A stretch of 64,000 bases of DNA from Takakia lepidozioides (taxonomy: Eukaryota > Plantae > Bryophyta): positions 79,112,001 to 79,176,000 of the forward strand of contig CM060732.1 in the NCBI GenBank assembly GCA_030704615.1. Reading direction: 5' to 3'. The position numbers and the translations under genes are program-made. Shown piece by piece: positions 37,632 through 50,879 of this stretch. How positions within the stretch are numbered: position 1 is the first letter of the stretch; every line of letters begins with the position of its first letter. Under the pieces are notes generated by a model, which had not been told where the DNA came from, made no database searches, and worked only from the letters and a program-made list of their open reading frames with translations.

Positions 37632-39886
37632 CTAGTCGTCACTGTCCGAGGATGTGGAATTTGATGATGTGGCCTGATTTGCACTGCCAATTGCCAGAGC
37701 TTGCGACCGTGATCTCGTGGTCAACGAGGGGCCCAATGACATGTGATCAATTCTGGTCTGCATCCGCCTACTTCGCCGCGAAAGTTGACTTTCTTCTTCA
37801 CTTTCACTCTTCACTCTCCTCGAAACACGATGATAACGGTCTGTCCATAATCGCCTCCATTTCTCTACAACTGCCTTGATGGTACTTTTGAAACTTTCCA
37901 ACTGCCTCTCGCGGGCCCTGTCCCTAATCATTGTGTCGTTTCGATGATAAGCCACCTCGTACTCATCATTCATTCGGCGTTGACATATTATAGCATCTTC
38001 CAGTTTAGACAGCAACAAATGTCCCAATCGGTTATCGGTCATACAATTCGTTCTCCTCCGGTACCCATGGAACCTGTAGGAGCCGGATAAACCTGGACCT
38101 TCTTTGACTCCAATGCCCTCCCAGATTGCGGCAAAACTGCTCTCTCTCCCACCAATCTCGAATACCTCCCGCACGTATGGTTATCTCTCAATCAGATGTG
38201 ACCCAGAAATATTGGGGATCTTTGATGTATGCCGGGTTTTCGGCATGTATGCCATGTATCTCTCTGTCTGCATCCCATACCAAGTTCTTGCCCCAATGCA
38301 CACAATTCAGAAATGTGTATGGTAGCCCATCCAATGGGAGGTTGTGTCAATTGTATTCAAAACCTATGGGCATCCGATCCTCCAAGCCCACCAGCTCATA
38401 GAAACGGCGATGGATTGGTGTACGACATTCTGGGCAAGCGCTTGTCCGCAAGGCTTGCGGGATAAGACATGTGAGATGGAACATATGTCCACATGATCCA
38501 AGCACATGACATCCCTTTGGGCCGTATGGATTCATACACATCGAACAAACTGTGTCATCTGATGTCCATAACGGCAAAACGCCTCGTGGTATCTCCTCCC
38601 TCTGGGCCGGTTTGATGTGACTGGTCATCCTTCTTGTGGTGTCTCACTCTTTCTTTATCTCCAATTCCCAGTTTATGCTTCTGTTCGACCCCGAAATTCT
38701 GTGCTCACATCGATCGAACATAGAATCCACATCTGCCCAATTGGTATACCCGGCGAACACGCTTGATGAGTTGCGGAGATCGTTATATCTTTGCATGTTG
38801 GCATAAATGCTATCCACGCTACGGTTCGACATGCGTGCGACACGTTGCAAGCCTGACAGTGCCCGCTCTACCCGTGCTTCTCTGGAGGCCAAATGGGTCA
38901 CCCATTGTACCCAATTCTCCCAATCGCCATTCAATGGGACCCATGCACAGCGTTTTGGACAAGCGCCATGCAGTTGCCATGACAATGTCTCGCTCCTTTG
39001 TAACGCAGTCGACATCTAATATCGGGTTCATCTCTGATTGAATGGCGACCCTCGAGCATTCCCCAGTTTCCAGTACTGGTTCTTTTCCTTTCCTCTTTCT
39101 CTTATCCGCAATTCGTTGTTCCTCAACCATGGTTTCATTGGCCATAGGGTCAAGGACGTCCGTAACTTCCTGAATGATGAGGTCAATACTGCGATCGGAC
39201 ATCGCAAACTTTGCGTCCATGTCGACGTTTGTTCGATCCTCATTGTGGACAACAGTGCCTTCATTGTTTGGAGGCATGTCTTGCAAAGTAGCTTTCAACT
39301 CGGCTATGTGCAGTGTTTGCCAGTCTAGTCGGTCCTACAGGGTCCTGATTTGCTAGTCTCTTTCCGCCAGTTATTTCTTTAACGTTGCAGCCGGTTGTAT
39401 TCCGAACGTATCCGGGATGTACTCCAAATCGTATAGCAACCTTGCGTTCCTCCTACTAACAGTTTATCAATTCACTGGACGCAAGAGTATGACCTTCACG
39501 TACAACATGGCTGCCAAGGTGTACGGAATTAGACCCTTTAAGAGAGGTTGACCCCACAATGTGCAATGCACCTCAATCGCCATATGCTGGAAATGCAAGT
39601 TCGTGCAAGACCTGGACTCTTCGTAATTGTTTCGGGTTTGCACGTCATGCCTATCCAAAAGCCACAATCGATTGATGTGGTACCATTTCACAATTTTTTT
39701 GCATCTCGCCATCGGCCATCGGAACTCTTCCGGAACATCCTCCCAGCCCTCTTCTGCTAGTATGCTAGGGTCACCAAATACTTCCCAATTCAAGTCTTGC
39801 CTTAACCCTTTGATTTTCTTAGGGGGCGGTTCATGTTCATTGGGGTCATCTCTTCCATGACGGTCATCGTCCTGGCCCTCTGCCAT
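37632..39886 (-). pseudogene. Disrupted long ORF with a RING-H2 finger, probably a transposon accessory gene
   Basis: Collinear minus-strand ORF pieces 39467-39886, 38819-39298, 38644-39015, 38347-38628 and 37632-38174. RING C-x2-C...CGHMFHLTC...CPECR; NLS-like PPPKKIK and KRKRK. Confidence 0.65.
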
Positions 39887-40257
39887 TCTACAACAATCAA
39901 AGCAACACTAAACGAGGTATTCCAAAAAGACGTAACTCTAAACCCTTCCCTCGTTAAGTAGGTTTGAGTAGGTGTCAAAATACTTCCTAAAAGATAATTT
40001 TGTAGAATAAAATGATCCCGGAAGCCAGAGGAGGGCCTATGGGAGCATTCTACAACGACCTCACAGAAATCGCGGCAAAAAATACCCCCACCCAACCAAT
40101 GGCTTCATTCTCCACGTGACTACGTGTCGTGGAATAATGAAATGTCATGCACACAGAAGTTGTGTAGAGAAGAAATGAGGGGAGAATAAGCCTCCCTTGG
40201 CTTATATCCCCCCCTCTGCACTCATTTCTCGGGTCACGTGCAGGGCGAATATTCTAG

Positions 40258-41800
40258 AAGCGACCGCCAACTTGGCGGACACTCGATTTTCAGGAAAATA
40301 AAAAAAATAAGCGATCGCCAGAACAGGCGGTCGCTCCATTTTTCAAAGAAAAAAAAAAAAAAAAAAAAAAAACGACCGCCAACATAGGCAGTCGCTTCAT
40401 TTAAAAAAAATTGAAATAAATAAGCGACCGCCAGAATAGGCGGTCGCTTCATTTTCAAAACATTCAGAATAAATAAGCGACCGCCAACATAGGCGGTCGC
40501 TTCATTTAAAGAAAATTAAAATAAATAAGCGACCGCCAGCATAGGCGGTCGCTTCATTTTCAAAAACTTTAAAAAAAATAAGCGACCGCCAACATAGGCG
40601 GTCACTTCTTTTTTAAAAATTTAAAAAAAATAAGCGACCGCCAGCATAGGCAGTCGCGAAACATTTAAAATATATAAGCGACCGCCAACATAGGCGGTCG
40701 CTTCATTTTAAAAAAATTAAAAAAAATAAGCGACCGCCAGCATAGGCGGTCGCGAAACATTTAAAATATATAAGCGACTGCCAACATAGGCGGTCGCTTT
40801 ATTTTCAAAAACTTTAAAAAAAATAAGCGACCGCCAACATAGGCGGTCGCTTCATTTTAAAAAAATTAAAAAAAATAACCGACCGCCAACATTGGCGGTC
40901 GCTTCATTTTAAAAAAATAAAAAAAAATAAACGACCACCAGCATAGGCGGTCGCTTCATTTAAAAAACATTTAAAATATATAAGCGACCGCCAACATAGG
41001 CGGTCGCTTCATTTTTAAAATTAAAAAAAAACGACCGCCAGCACAACCGGTCGCTTAATTTTCAAAACATTTAAAATAAATAAGCGACCGCCAACATAGG
41101 CGGTCGCTTCATTTTCAAAAACTTTAAAATAAATAAGCGACCGCCAACATAGGCGGTTGCTTCATTTAATTTTTAAAAAAAAAAAAAAAAAAACGACCGC
41201 CAGCATCGGCGGTCGCTTCATTTTCAAAACATTTAAAATAAATAAGCGACCGCCAACATAGGCGGTCGCTTCATTTTCAAAACATTTAAAATAAATAAGC
41301 GACCGCCAACATAGGCGGTCGCTTCATTTCCAAAATAATTAAAATAAAAGCGACCGCCAGTAATGGCGGTCGCTGCATCTTAAAAAATAACCATCACATC
41401 GACCGCTAGAAATGGCGGTCGCTGCATTTTGTAAAAACAAAAACTGCCAGTAATGGAAGTGAGGAGAGAATGACTGGGGGCTTATATGCCTCCCCCCGGT
41501 CGCTCCACGCGCAGGGCAGACCTCGTAGAAGCGACCGCCACCATGGTGGTCGCTCCATTTGAAAACAAAAAAAAACGACCGCCACAATTGGCGGTCGCTC
41601 CATTTCGCCAGGAAAAAAAAAAAAAACGACTGCCAGTAATGGCGGTTGCTGCATTTATAAAAACAAAAAAAAACTTCAAGCGAAGTGAGGGGAGAATGTC
41701 CCGGAGCTTATATGCCCCTCTCCCCCCCCGCCTCACTCCTCGCTCTATGCGCAGGTCACACTTCGTAGAAGCGACCGCCACCTTGGCGATCGCTCCATTT
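40258..41800. repeat. Array of GC-rich palindromes (AGCGACCGCCAnCATAGGCGGTCGCT) separated by A/T tracts, roughly 25-30 units, period mostly ~52 bp
   Basis: Unit starts at 40477, 40529, 40582, 40634, 40678, 40730 and onward. Confidence 0.95.
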
Positions 41801-42067
41801 AAATAAAAATGAATGCATAGTTGGAAGCATGGCACAATTGTTCTCCATTCCACAAGCAAATCACCGAACACAAACATGAGCAAGTGACGGTGCCTTTGGC
41901 CGACATTTTGGCTGGTATACACATAGGGCAACATCATTTTATTTTTCAACATATACACAAAACAACATAAAAGTACTCATAGTGACAATGATCACATTGG
42001 TATTACTTCAGTACAGAAATATAAACATGTCCACTAAAAAGTGCTGATGCATGTACAGCTGTTTGCT

Positions 42068-45030
42068 TCAATTCCTTCTACTGCTTCGAAGGCGGGTCGA
42101 AGAAGATCCTAATCCTAATGCTCCGATGGGTTGAAAATCCGGGTCACCCTTGACTTCACCGCCGTTGCCATGATCAGTGCTGGAATCGTCTTCCCTATCC
42201 GACCTCATATGTCCAGGCCTTTGAATCTGCAAGCGACCTCGTATCACATTTAGTTCTCTCTGAGGTCGACTCCCGCTCCGGTCTTGAATACCATCCACGG
42301 TATCTGGCATGTTTGTTGGGCCGATCGCCTACAAAGGTTGGACTGTTCTCTGTCGTTTATGGACTTGGGACGCAATCGAGGTGGTCTCAAAGAGGTACCG
42401 GAGGGGGGACTGCCCGAGATGGACCGACTTATGGTCCGGTATGTAGGAACACACGGGTTTGCTGCGCAATACGTCGGTTAAGGTGGAATTGTAGTGGCAA
42501 GTTGTCATCATCTGAGGCTTCAACTTCCGCCCGGTCCAATGCAGCAGAATGATGCATGCGTGTGGAAAACAGATCAACCCTGTTGCTCCTTAATGCCCGT
42601 TGTGTTGATGGGGAGCTGGATCGGTTTTGGCATTGTGGTGGAGCTGGTCGTATCGGTGAGGCATGATCCCGTCCCGTCGACTGTACAATGGGTTCGACAC
42701 CATCATTTGTATGAACAGGGTTGCGTACGTCGATCGGTCCTGGCAGTACATCACCCCTAAGCTCCATTGGGACACTACCGGTGGCTTCAGCGTGTAGTGG
42801 GGGGCGAGGGTCGACCCCAACTTCATTTTGAGGACCATGTTCTGGGGATGACACAATTGCAGCTTCACCTTCATCTGCGATACTCACTTCTTCAAGAAGG
42901 TCATCAAAGGTCGGCTGGATATAAACATCATCATCTGTGAATGTAAACGGGTCATACGCATTTTCGGGAGCATCATCGGATCCATCTTCACTATCGGAGG
43001 CAGATGATTCCCTCTGAGATGATTCTCTCTGAGGCTCAGTATCGTCACTCATCGAATCAGCCTCAGAAGCAGAGTCTTCGGAATGCAAATTCTTCTCATA
43101 CCATGCTGCAGCATCATCCGCTGCCCTCTCACGTAGCAGTCGGCAATTGGTATACACATACACCAATTTGTCAGCCCTCGCGGGATTCAACCTGTTGCGA
43201 ATCTTGTTGTGAACAAATGAGTAACTGCTCCAATTGCGTTCGCAAGATGAGGCAGAGCACACTTGAGCAAGAATACGCTTCGCAATGGGAACCAATGTTC
43301 TTGCTCCAGCTCCAATCAGATCCCACCATTCATGTGGCAGCATATTGAGCTCTTTTGGATCCGACATGTCCTCAAAAGGGTCGCGGCGATCTGAGAAGCA
43401 TTGGTACTCGGATATAGCTCTCTCTGCATGGTTCGGCGGAGCCAGTCGCATGAGCACTCGCACGAGGCCGGCCTTGGCATCAGCGTCGTCTCGGAGCATG
43501 GTATTGTCGAGCAAGAATGGATTGAGCAAAGCCCCCGCATAATGCAAGTCCGTTCGAACCATCGAACGACGGTCGTAAAATGCATCCTCAGCACTGTCCG
43601 CAAGTTCAGGTTCCAAGGAGAAAGGATGATGCCTCAAGGATTGGACGTGCTTATCAAGATTTTGCATTAGTAACCATGCCTTGCCCATTACTGGTTGCTT
43701 TCCATCAAACTCCCGCAAGACGATTAACACCGGCTCAACCATATAAACAAAGTTTTCACATTTCTTCCAGAAATCATCGCTATTTCAAACTTTTCGACTT
43801 TTGCCCAATGACTTGGCTTTTCTGCAGTTCCGTAATGTCCGTGTGTACGCATTCCATTGTGTACGCATTCCATTGATCGATGATGGTGTGCTCCAGACTG
43901 CTCTTCACCGTCACCAACCGATCCACCATCAAGAAGTTAGTGACAAAACGAGTTTCGCCTGGATTGCGGAGGCTGTATTTGGGTTCGTGCCTCCTATATA
44001 TTGCCAAAGGGATGTGGTGTGTGCGGATGAACGACACAACAGTCTTCGCTCGCTTGACAAGTTGTTTCACCCACTGTTCTTTTCTCTCAATCTTCCAAAA
44101 GGAGGTCAAGGATATGAGCAGCACAACCTTGATAGTACATATGGGGATAACGTGCCAACAACATGTCTGCAGTGTTTCTCATGTTAGCGGCATTGTCTGT
44201 GCATATTTGCACGATTCTATCACTTCCGACCTGTTCGATGAAGTCCGTCAATAGTTGACATTGATAACGTCCATCTTTCTTCTCGCCGCTAGTGTCGACC
44301 GATCCCAAGAATTGTTCCCCAGCTGGACATACGAGCATGACATTGAACAACGGTCTGTTTGTGACAGAACTCCAACCATCGGCACATATAGTGCTTCCAT
44401 ATTTTCTGATACACTCGCCCGTCCTATCGTTGACCTTTTGGGTAAGCTCGGTCATGGCGTCTTCTAGCAATCCTGTGCGGAGATTGTGATAAGTCGGAGG
44501 CACGTACGTGGATCTGGACTCCGAGGTTGCTCTAACAGCAGAAACAAATGCCGGAAGCCTTGCCACATTAAATGGTATGTTGGCCTCGAAGAAAAACTGC
44601 GCCCATTTTTTATCCAACTGTCTTTTCGCAGACAAGTTAAGACCTTATTGCATGGATTGCTGCCGTAATCCTCCACTCCGTTGAAGTGTAGGGGTACAAA
44701 GAGGTGTTGAAGCAAGTGTTGCTCCGGCACAACCCACTTTTCCAAGGACACCCGAAGCCTCACAAGAGTCGCCCTGGGTACTAATCGGGGCATCCTGACG
44801 GGAAGATGAAGTGTTCTGCTCAGAGGTCATGTCCAGATCCAAAGACATTGGAATATTGCCTCCACACTGGGCAAAATGGCTTTTTACCCGCATAGATGCT
44901 TTGGGGCATAAACCCACCCAGCGCTCTTCACACCTTTATAGCCGAGGTGAGCGAGCAACCGATCCTTACGATAAGAAAGCTTTAATCCACATAGGTTGCA
45001 CTCAACACTACCAGTGGCACTGACAATGTT
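42068..45030 (-). mobile_element. hAT transposase (BED finger, DUF659-like core, dimerisation domain, long acidic tail), frameshifted
   Basis: ECNLC...RLLAHLG (BED, ~45000); NIPFNVA, TICADGWSS, VQICTDNAANM, GCAAHILDLLLED; GETRF.TNFLM; EWW...A.RILAQVCSASSCERNWS...RNRL...KLVYV..N. Confidence 0.92.
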
Positions 45031-45499
45031 CGGGATTGCCGTATACCAAGGGCTTCATTCCTCCATCATCTTCACCCAATATCCACTCCCCTGGGACCTA
45101 GCGATGCAAGCAACAAAAAACAGTCACCTATAAATGAACGTGTTGTGAATGTAGAGTGCAATGCGATAGCCCAACACTTCTACACTTGTCAGCAACCCAA
45201 GTGGGTCGATGTGAGTTGCAGTATTGAGCTTATACACAATCTGCTGAAGTGGCTTTGGTGGAAGCCACAACGGCAAAAGGTGCGCAACATCATCTTGGGC
45301 TACACTCTCGTTCAATGGAAGAGAACATCCAAAACAACCTCAAGTGTTTGCACCAAAAGAAGTGAGAAGCTTGGTGACCTTCTTCCCTTATATATGATCA
45401 AAGAGGGATGAAACTGATATAAAACTGAAATGAATAAATGAGGAACGAATAGCACCCACCCAAAAAAGGCTGTACAACCATATTTGTTGTAATTATGAA

Positions 45500-47010
45500 A
45501 TTAAGCGACCGTTAATACTACGGTCCGTATTTTTATTTTTTTATGAAAAACAAGCGATCGCCACTACTGCGGTCGCTTTTATTTCCTTTCATTTTGTGCA
45601 ATATTGCGGTCACTTCTATTTTGTATATTTTTAAATTTAAGCGACCGCCAAGATAGCGGTTGTTATTTCTTTTTTTTAATTCGAAAAATAAAGCGACCGC
45701 CAGTACGACCGCCAATCTTGCTTTAAAATAATAATAATTGAAGCGACCGCCAATACGGCGGTCGCTATTTATTTTTTAATTTCGAAAAACAAAACGATCG
45801 CCATAATTGGCGGTCACGTTCATTTTGTTAAATTTCAAAAATGTATTTGCCACCGTGCAACCGCCAATACGGCAGTCGCTTGTTTTTTTTTAAAAATTAG
45901 GTGACCGCCAATACGACCGCCAATCTTGTTTTTTTAAGACAATAAATTGAAGCGACCGCCAGCATAGCAGTCGCTATTTATTTTTTAAATTCAAAAAATA
46001 AGGCGACCGCCAGTGCGACCGCCAATTTTGCTTTAAAGTAAAAAACATTTGAAGTGACCGTCAATATGGCGGTCGCTATTTCTTTTTCTATTTCAAAAAA
46101 TAAAGTGACAGCCAGTGCGACCGCCAATCTTGCTTTTTTTTTAAAAAAAATTGAAGCGACCGCCAATACGGCGGTCGGTATTTATTTTTTAATTTCGAAA
46201 AACAAACCGACCGCCATAATTGGCGGTCGCGTTCATTTTGTTAATTTTTAAAAATGTATTTGCCACCGTGCGACCGCCAATACGGCAGTCGCTTCTTTTA
46301 ATTTTTAAATTAGGCGATCGCCAATACGACCGCCAATCTTGTTTTTTTAAAACAATAAATTGAAGCGACCGCCAGCATACCGGTCGCTATTTGTTTTTTT
46401 AATTCAAAAAATAAGGCGACCGCCAGTGCGACCACCAATCTTGCTTTTAAAAAAAAAACATTTGAAGCGACAGCCAATATGGCGGTTGCTATTACTTTTT
46501 CTATTTCGAAAAATAAGGCGACCGCCAGTGCGACCGCCAATCTTGCTTTAAAAAAAAAAAAATTGAAGCGACCGCCAATACGGCGGTCGCTATTTATTTT
46601 TTAATTTCGAAAAACAAAGCGACCGCCATAATTGGCGGTCGTGTTCATTTTGTTAATTTTCAAAAATGTATTTGCCACCGTGCGACCGCCAATACGGCAG
46701 TCGCTTGTTTTATGTTTTAAATTAGGCGACCGCCAGCATACCGGTCGCTATCTGTTTTTTTAATTCGAAAAATAAGGCGACCGCCAATCTTGCTAAAAAA
46801 AAAAACATTTGAAGCGACCGCCAATATGGCGGTCGCTATTTCTTTTTCTATTTCGAAAAATAAGGCGACCGCCAGTGCGACCACCAATCTTGCTTTAAAA
46901 AAAATAAAAATTGAATCGACCGCCAATACGGCGGTCGCTATTTCTGTTTTAATTTCGAAAAACAAAGCGAATTGGCGGTCGTGTTCATTTTGTTAATTTT
47001 CAAAATGTAT
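45500..47010. repeat. Second array of the GCGACCGCCA motif (palindromic and direct pairs) with a ~412-bp higher-order repeat
   Basis: Marker ATGTATTTGCC at 45841, 46254, 46666 and 47005. Confidence 0.95.
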
Positions 47011-47289
47011 TTGCCGCCGCCACCGTGTCGGCGACGTGGCTGCTTAAGTGACATTATTTTATCTGGTATTATTTTTACTTGAATATTCCCCAAACCTGAC
47101 GTGACGGAGGTCCTGTCACCGTCAGGTCTGACGTGACCTGACGCTGACTGACGGACGTGACGCTGATAACCGGGCTTCATTGTTTTCCAGCTCCTTTATG
47201 AATATTAGGGTATGAGCTGCATTTGTCTTGTGTTAGTCGTTTAAGAGGGGAGATAGTCAAGTAACCTGTGGGCCGCAATGGAAGTATTT

Positions 47290-50200
47290 TTGCAGGATTA
47301 CGGGTGTGAAACCGCGTCGGAAGGCACGGTCTCGTGGAGCTCTTATCAAAGGTCCGGCAAGACGAAGTGCCCAACTCGTCACCTTGACTCGTACAACTGC
47401 CAAGCCCAAAGTAATTTTTGACATAGACGACGATGATCCTTACCTCCCACCACAAAAAGGAGCAGTACAGGAAGGGACTGGGGATTCAGCCGACTCCATA
47501 TCGGAGGACGCAGATGCAGGCACAATGGCGCACGCAGGGAAAAAACGTGGTGCAGGCACACCATCTCCATCTGTGAGTGCATTTTATGGGCATATTTGTA
47601 GTCTCTCACCACTTATTCCGAAGGTGAGCACAACCTCATGAGTGCCGAATAGTATCATGCGGACTTCATTAGGGGCCATGATCCGGGGAGGGATTGTCTA
47701 AATACTTGGCAGATTTAATTGCGTGTCAATATTCTTCTTCTTTCTGTTCTATCTCTTCCGTGCTTTGTAGGTCTGTCCCTCATTTGCATGTTTGGTTTCG
47801 AAGGGGGTGTGCTGTCTTAAGCACATTCTCTGTCTAGATTCAGCTTGTGCATTTTTGTCTGTCCATTTTCTGAGTGGAGGAGCTGCACCATTGCCCATGT
47901 GCATGTGGCCCCCATATTCCATAGCACTATTTACAACTTTGTAAGCAGTAGGTCTCGTATGTTGAGCACATTCCATCTTTTCTCACAGCTTTTAGGTATG
48001 CCCCTCTCTACTGCATGTTTGGTATGGATTTTAGGCAAAACCCATACATAAAAGGGGTCGGAAAAGTCTTGGGCGCACATCATTGAAGCCAATCCAATTT
48101 GGCCGATTTTCTAGCCAAGATCTATATGATTTTTGGGTAATCAGACCTGTACAAACCATGCGTACTGTTTATACTTTATGACACCTTTATGTCATGATAT
48201 GGTGTGGTCCTTGTAGTTGGATTTACTTGGCATTGTGTTTCATGTATGGAAACCCAGGGCAAGCAAAATTAACAGAAGCAGAAAAATGCCACAGGAGTCG
48301 GCCCTCAGTCCCCCCAAGTTTTCCATACTCAGCCACCAGTACCAGGCTCTCAATATCGCTCCATGCCTCAGTACCCGGCTCCCAACCAGCATCCACCCAC
48401 TGGCAATGTGGAGGGTCAGTACGCAACGGCCCCCCAACACAATTATGCAGCTGGCCATTATGGCCCTTATGCTCCTCCTCCATATCGCCCACCTCCTCCT
48501 CCTTATGGAGGTGGCAGGCCACCTGAATATCCTCCGCCGTATGCACAGGTCCCATATGACCACTATGGATCCTCGAGTGTTTCCCAACCACCATGGCCAC
48601 CGATGGGTAGTTGGCCGAATCAACCCTTCAACGTTCCCGCACAGGTGCCAGTGGTTCAACCTGCAGGGGATGTGGTTCAATCAAAGGCTGACAGAACCAA
48701 TGCCTTGAGACGAGCAAATTATGTTGTGAAGGCCGTGGCATATAAAGTGAAGGAAGAAAGAGAGGCAGAAGGTCTTTCTGCAACTGTAGTTGTTGTGAAC
48801 AAGGCATGAAAACCAGTTGGTCAAATAGAATGTTTGGCATGCGGCCCTCAAAGGTCATGTTCATCGTATTTGTGATCCTTCTATAGCCATCAACAAAATG
48901 GTAGTTTTGAGACCCAGCTGTATTTCTTTTTTGCAAAAGTGTTTTGCACACTTTGAGGTGGCAATGTGGTTTTGCTGCAAAGCTCGCAACTTCATTCCGA
49001 TGGTGGACTTTATTTTCAAAGGGCACACTAATCTTATTTTCCAGTGGGATGCCCTTTACTGTGAAGAGCTTAGTGACCCATTGGCTAGGGGGGCTGATGC
49101 AAAGCCCATATATTTGAAGAACCTATCAAGAGTATGGGCAGAGTGGCCAAAATGGGGTCTTGAAGACACTCTTCTTGTTGATGACACACCAAGAAAGACA
49201 TCAAACAATCCTCCATTTAGTGGGATATATCCGGAGCCATGGAAAATGCGATCATCAGGGCCAAAAGATGGCTATATACTCGATGTGTTGTGGCCGTTCT
49301 TGGAGAGGGCAAGCAAGACTCATAGTATTCCACAGTTTCTGAAGTCTGAGCCTCTCTTTGGACAACAGCCCTACAATTCTGCTCAGTGTAATCGTCAGAA
49401 GGTACAACAAGTCTGGTCCACATTTGGAATTCTTGGGTTGCTTGTGAATTGCATGAGTAGTGGGATTCTCTTGAGTGAACTATGTAACTAGTGTATTTCA
49501 GGTCGTAATGCCACTGAAGAAATTGTAATGGTTTGTGATATAGGGACCTATGATGAAGCGGCTCCATGTTGTCAACAAGTCAGCAGAGGAGCTGGAAAGT
49601 AGCCATCTCAAGCAGTTCTCGCAACCGCCTGAAAGTCAGCTTGGTGTAAGTCCATGACCTTCTTTTCCAATTTTGTTTATGTGGCCACTGGAGTGTAGAC
49701 TATCGTCCTTCACGTTTGCTGTATCCTTGTGGTCATAGACTCCGCATCCAGTGGGAGACCATTGTGAGGGATTTACTTCAGTTTATTGCCAAGGGTAGGT
49801 ACAGAAAGTACTCAAAAGACCTTGTGTTTGGCATAGCCTTTTGGGTAGGTAGGTAAAGAGAACGAAATTGAAATGTGTGTGTGTGTATGTATGTTGTTTG
49901 TTGCAACTTGTTGGCTGTAGACCTTCCTGCCTACCCTTCCTCCCTCCCCTCCCTCCATCCATCCCTATTAATAGTTGCAGCCCCCCTCCCGGTACTTAAG
50001 TACTATAATGCTTGGACCTCCGTAGTCTAGCGTGCATGGTATTTTCACTCATTGTTTTTGCTGGTGGGTGCTGGGATAACAGTTTAAGGTGGGAGACCAA
50101 GTTCGGCTCCTTAACGTGATGTCCAAACGGACAAAGGTTGGATCTGGGATTATATGTTCTCTGCAAGGCTGCAAGGTAAGTGAGGGCTACCCTGATGTGC

Positions 50201-50352
50201 TAGCTGAGTATGCGGCTATATACATCAAAGAGACATACATCACTAATGCTCCTTTACCATATCTCAACGATGTTAAGAAACATACTGTGTTGGGGGATGT
50301 GGTAGGAAGCACCACACTTTGGAATTTGAAGCTACTGAGACATGAGGTTTAG
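47290..50352 (+). mobile_element. Multi-exon CACTA TnpA-like/accessory gene remnant: basic exon, Pro/Tyr-rich exon, FCP1/NIF-like domain, terminal Tnp1/En/Spm-like domain
   Basis: 50089..50352 VGDQVRLL...KVGSG.I......YI......PLPY......LGDVVGSTTLW resembles the C-terminal TnpA-associated domain and lies just inside a CACTA right end. 48898..49400 resembles an FCP1 homology domain. Confidence 0.6.
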
Positions 50353-50879
50353 GAAGTTCTACTGCTTTGTTTGTTAATAAAGCCCTTACTTCTAGCAGTA
50401 TCTGTTGAATCTAGTTTTTTCTAGGTAAGTGTTTAGCGACATTGTGATTGAACAATGAAGCATATTTTGTGAATTTATATACAAAGACTGGTTCGAACAC
50501 CACATGAATGTGTGTGTTGTGATTGTGATGTTGATGTTTCTATGGATGACATGTTTGATTGTAGTTGTCTTTCAGACTGTATGATATTGGTGTTTCTGTC
50601 AGTCTATGCAACAGGGTTGGTGGTAGAATCTTTCTTTGTCACACTTTGCAACTGCCAGCAGGGTTGGGGGTCCACTCTTTGGTCATTGGAAGATTAATGC
50701 AGGCTCTCCTTCCCTGCAAAGGGGTCGTGTCTTGATATAGAGGGCCAATTGTTTTGCCAATTGTTGTGCTTATGAGAGCTCTACATGGTTTGTTTAAATT
50801 TCATATTAATTTACTTTAATTTATTATTTAAATTAATCATTTGAAATTGAATAATATATAACAAATTTTAAAATCTACA

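Noticed and set aside
45533-46996. Repetitive MAVALAVALFF-type ORFs
   Set aside because: Translation artefacts of the repeat array.
40258-47010. CRISPR-like appearance of regularly spaced palindromic repeats
   Set aside because: Spacers are low-complexity A/T tracts similar to each other, there are no cas genes, and the context is a eukaryotic transposon.
40236-47103. Possible element ends ACGTG|CAGG...GAATATTC and GAATATTC...CCTG|ACGTG
   Set aside because: The TIR match is poor, a 5-bp duplication does not fit the 8-bp hAT TSD, and the left motif is part of an internally repeated module.
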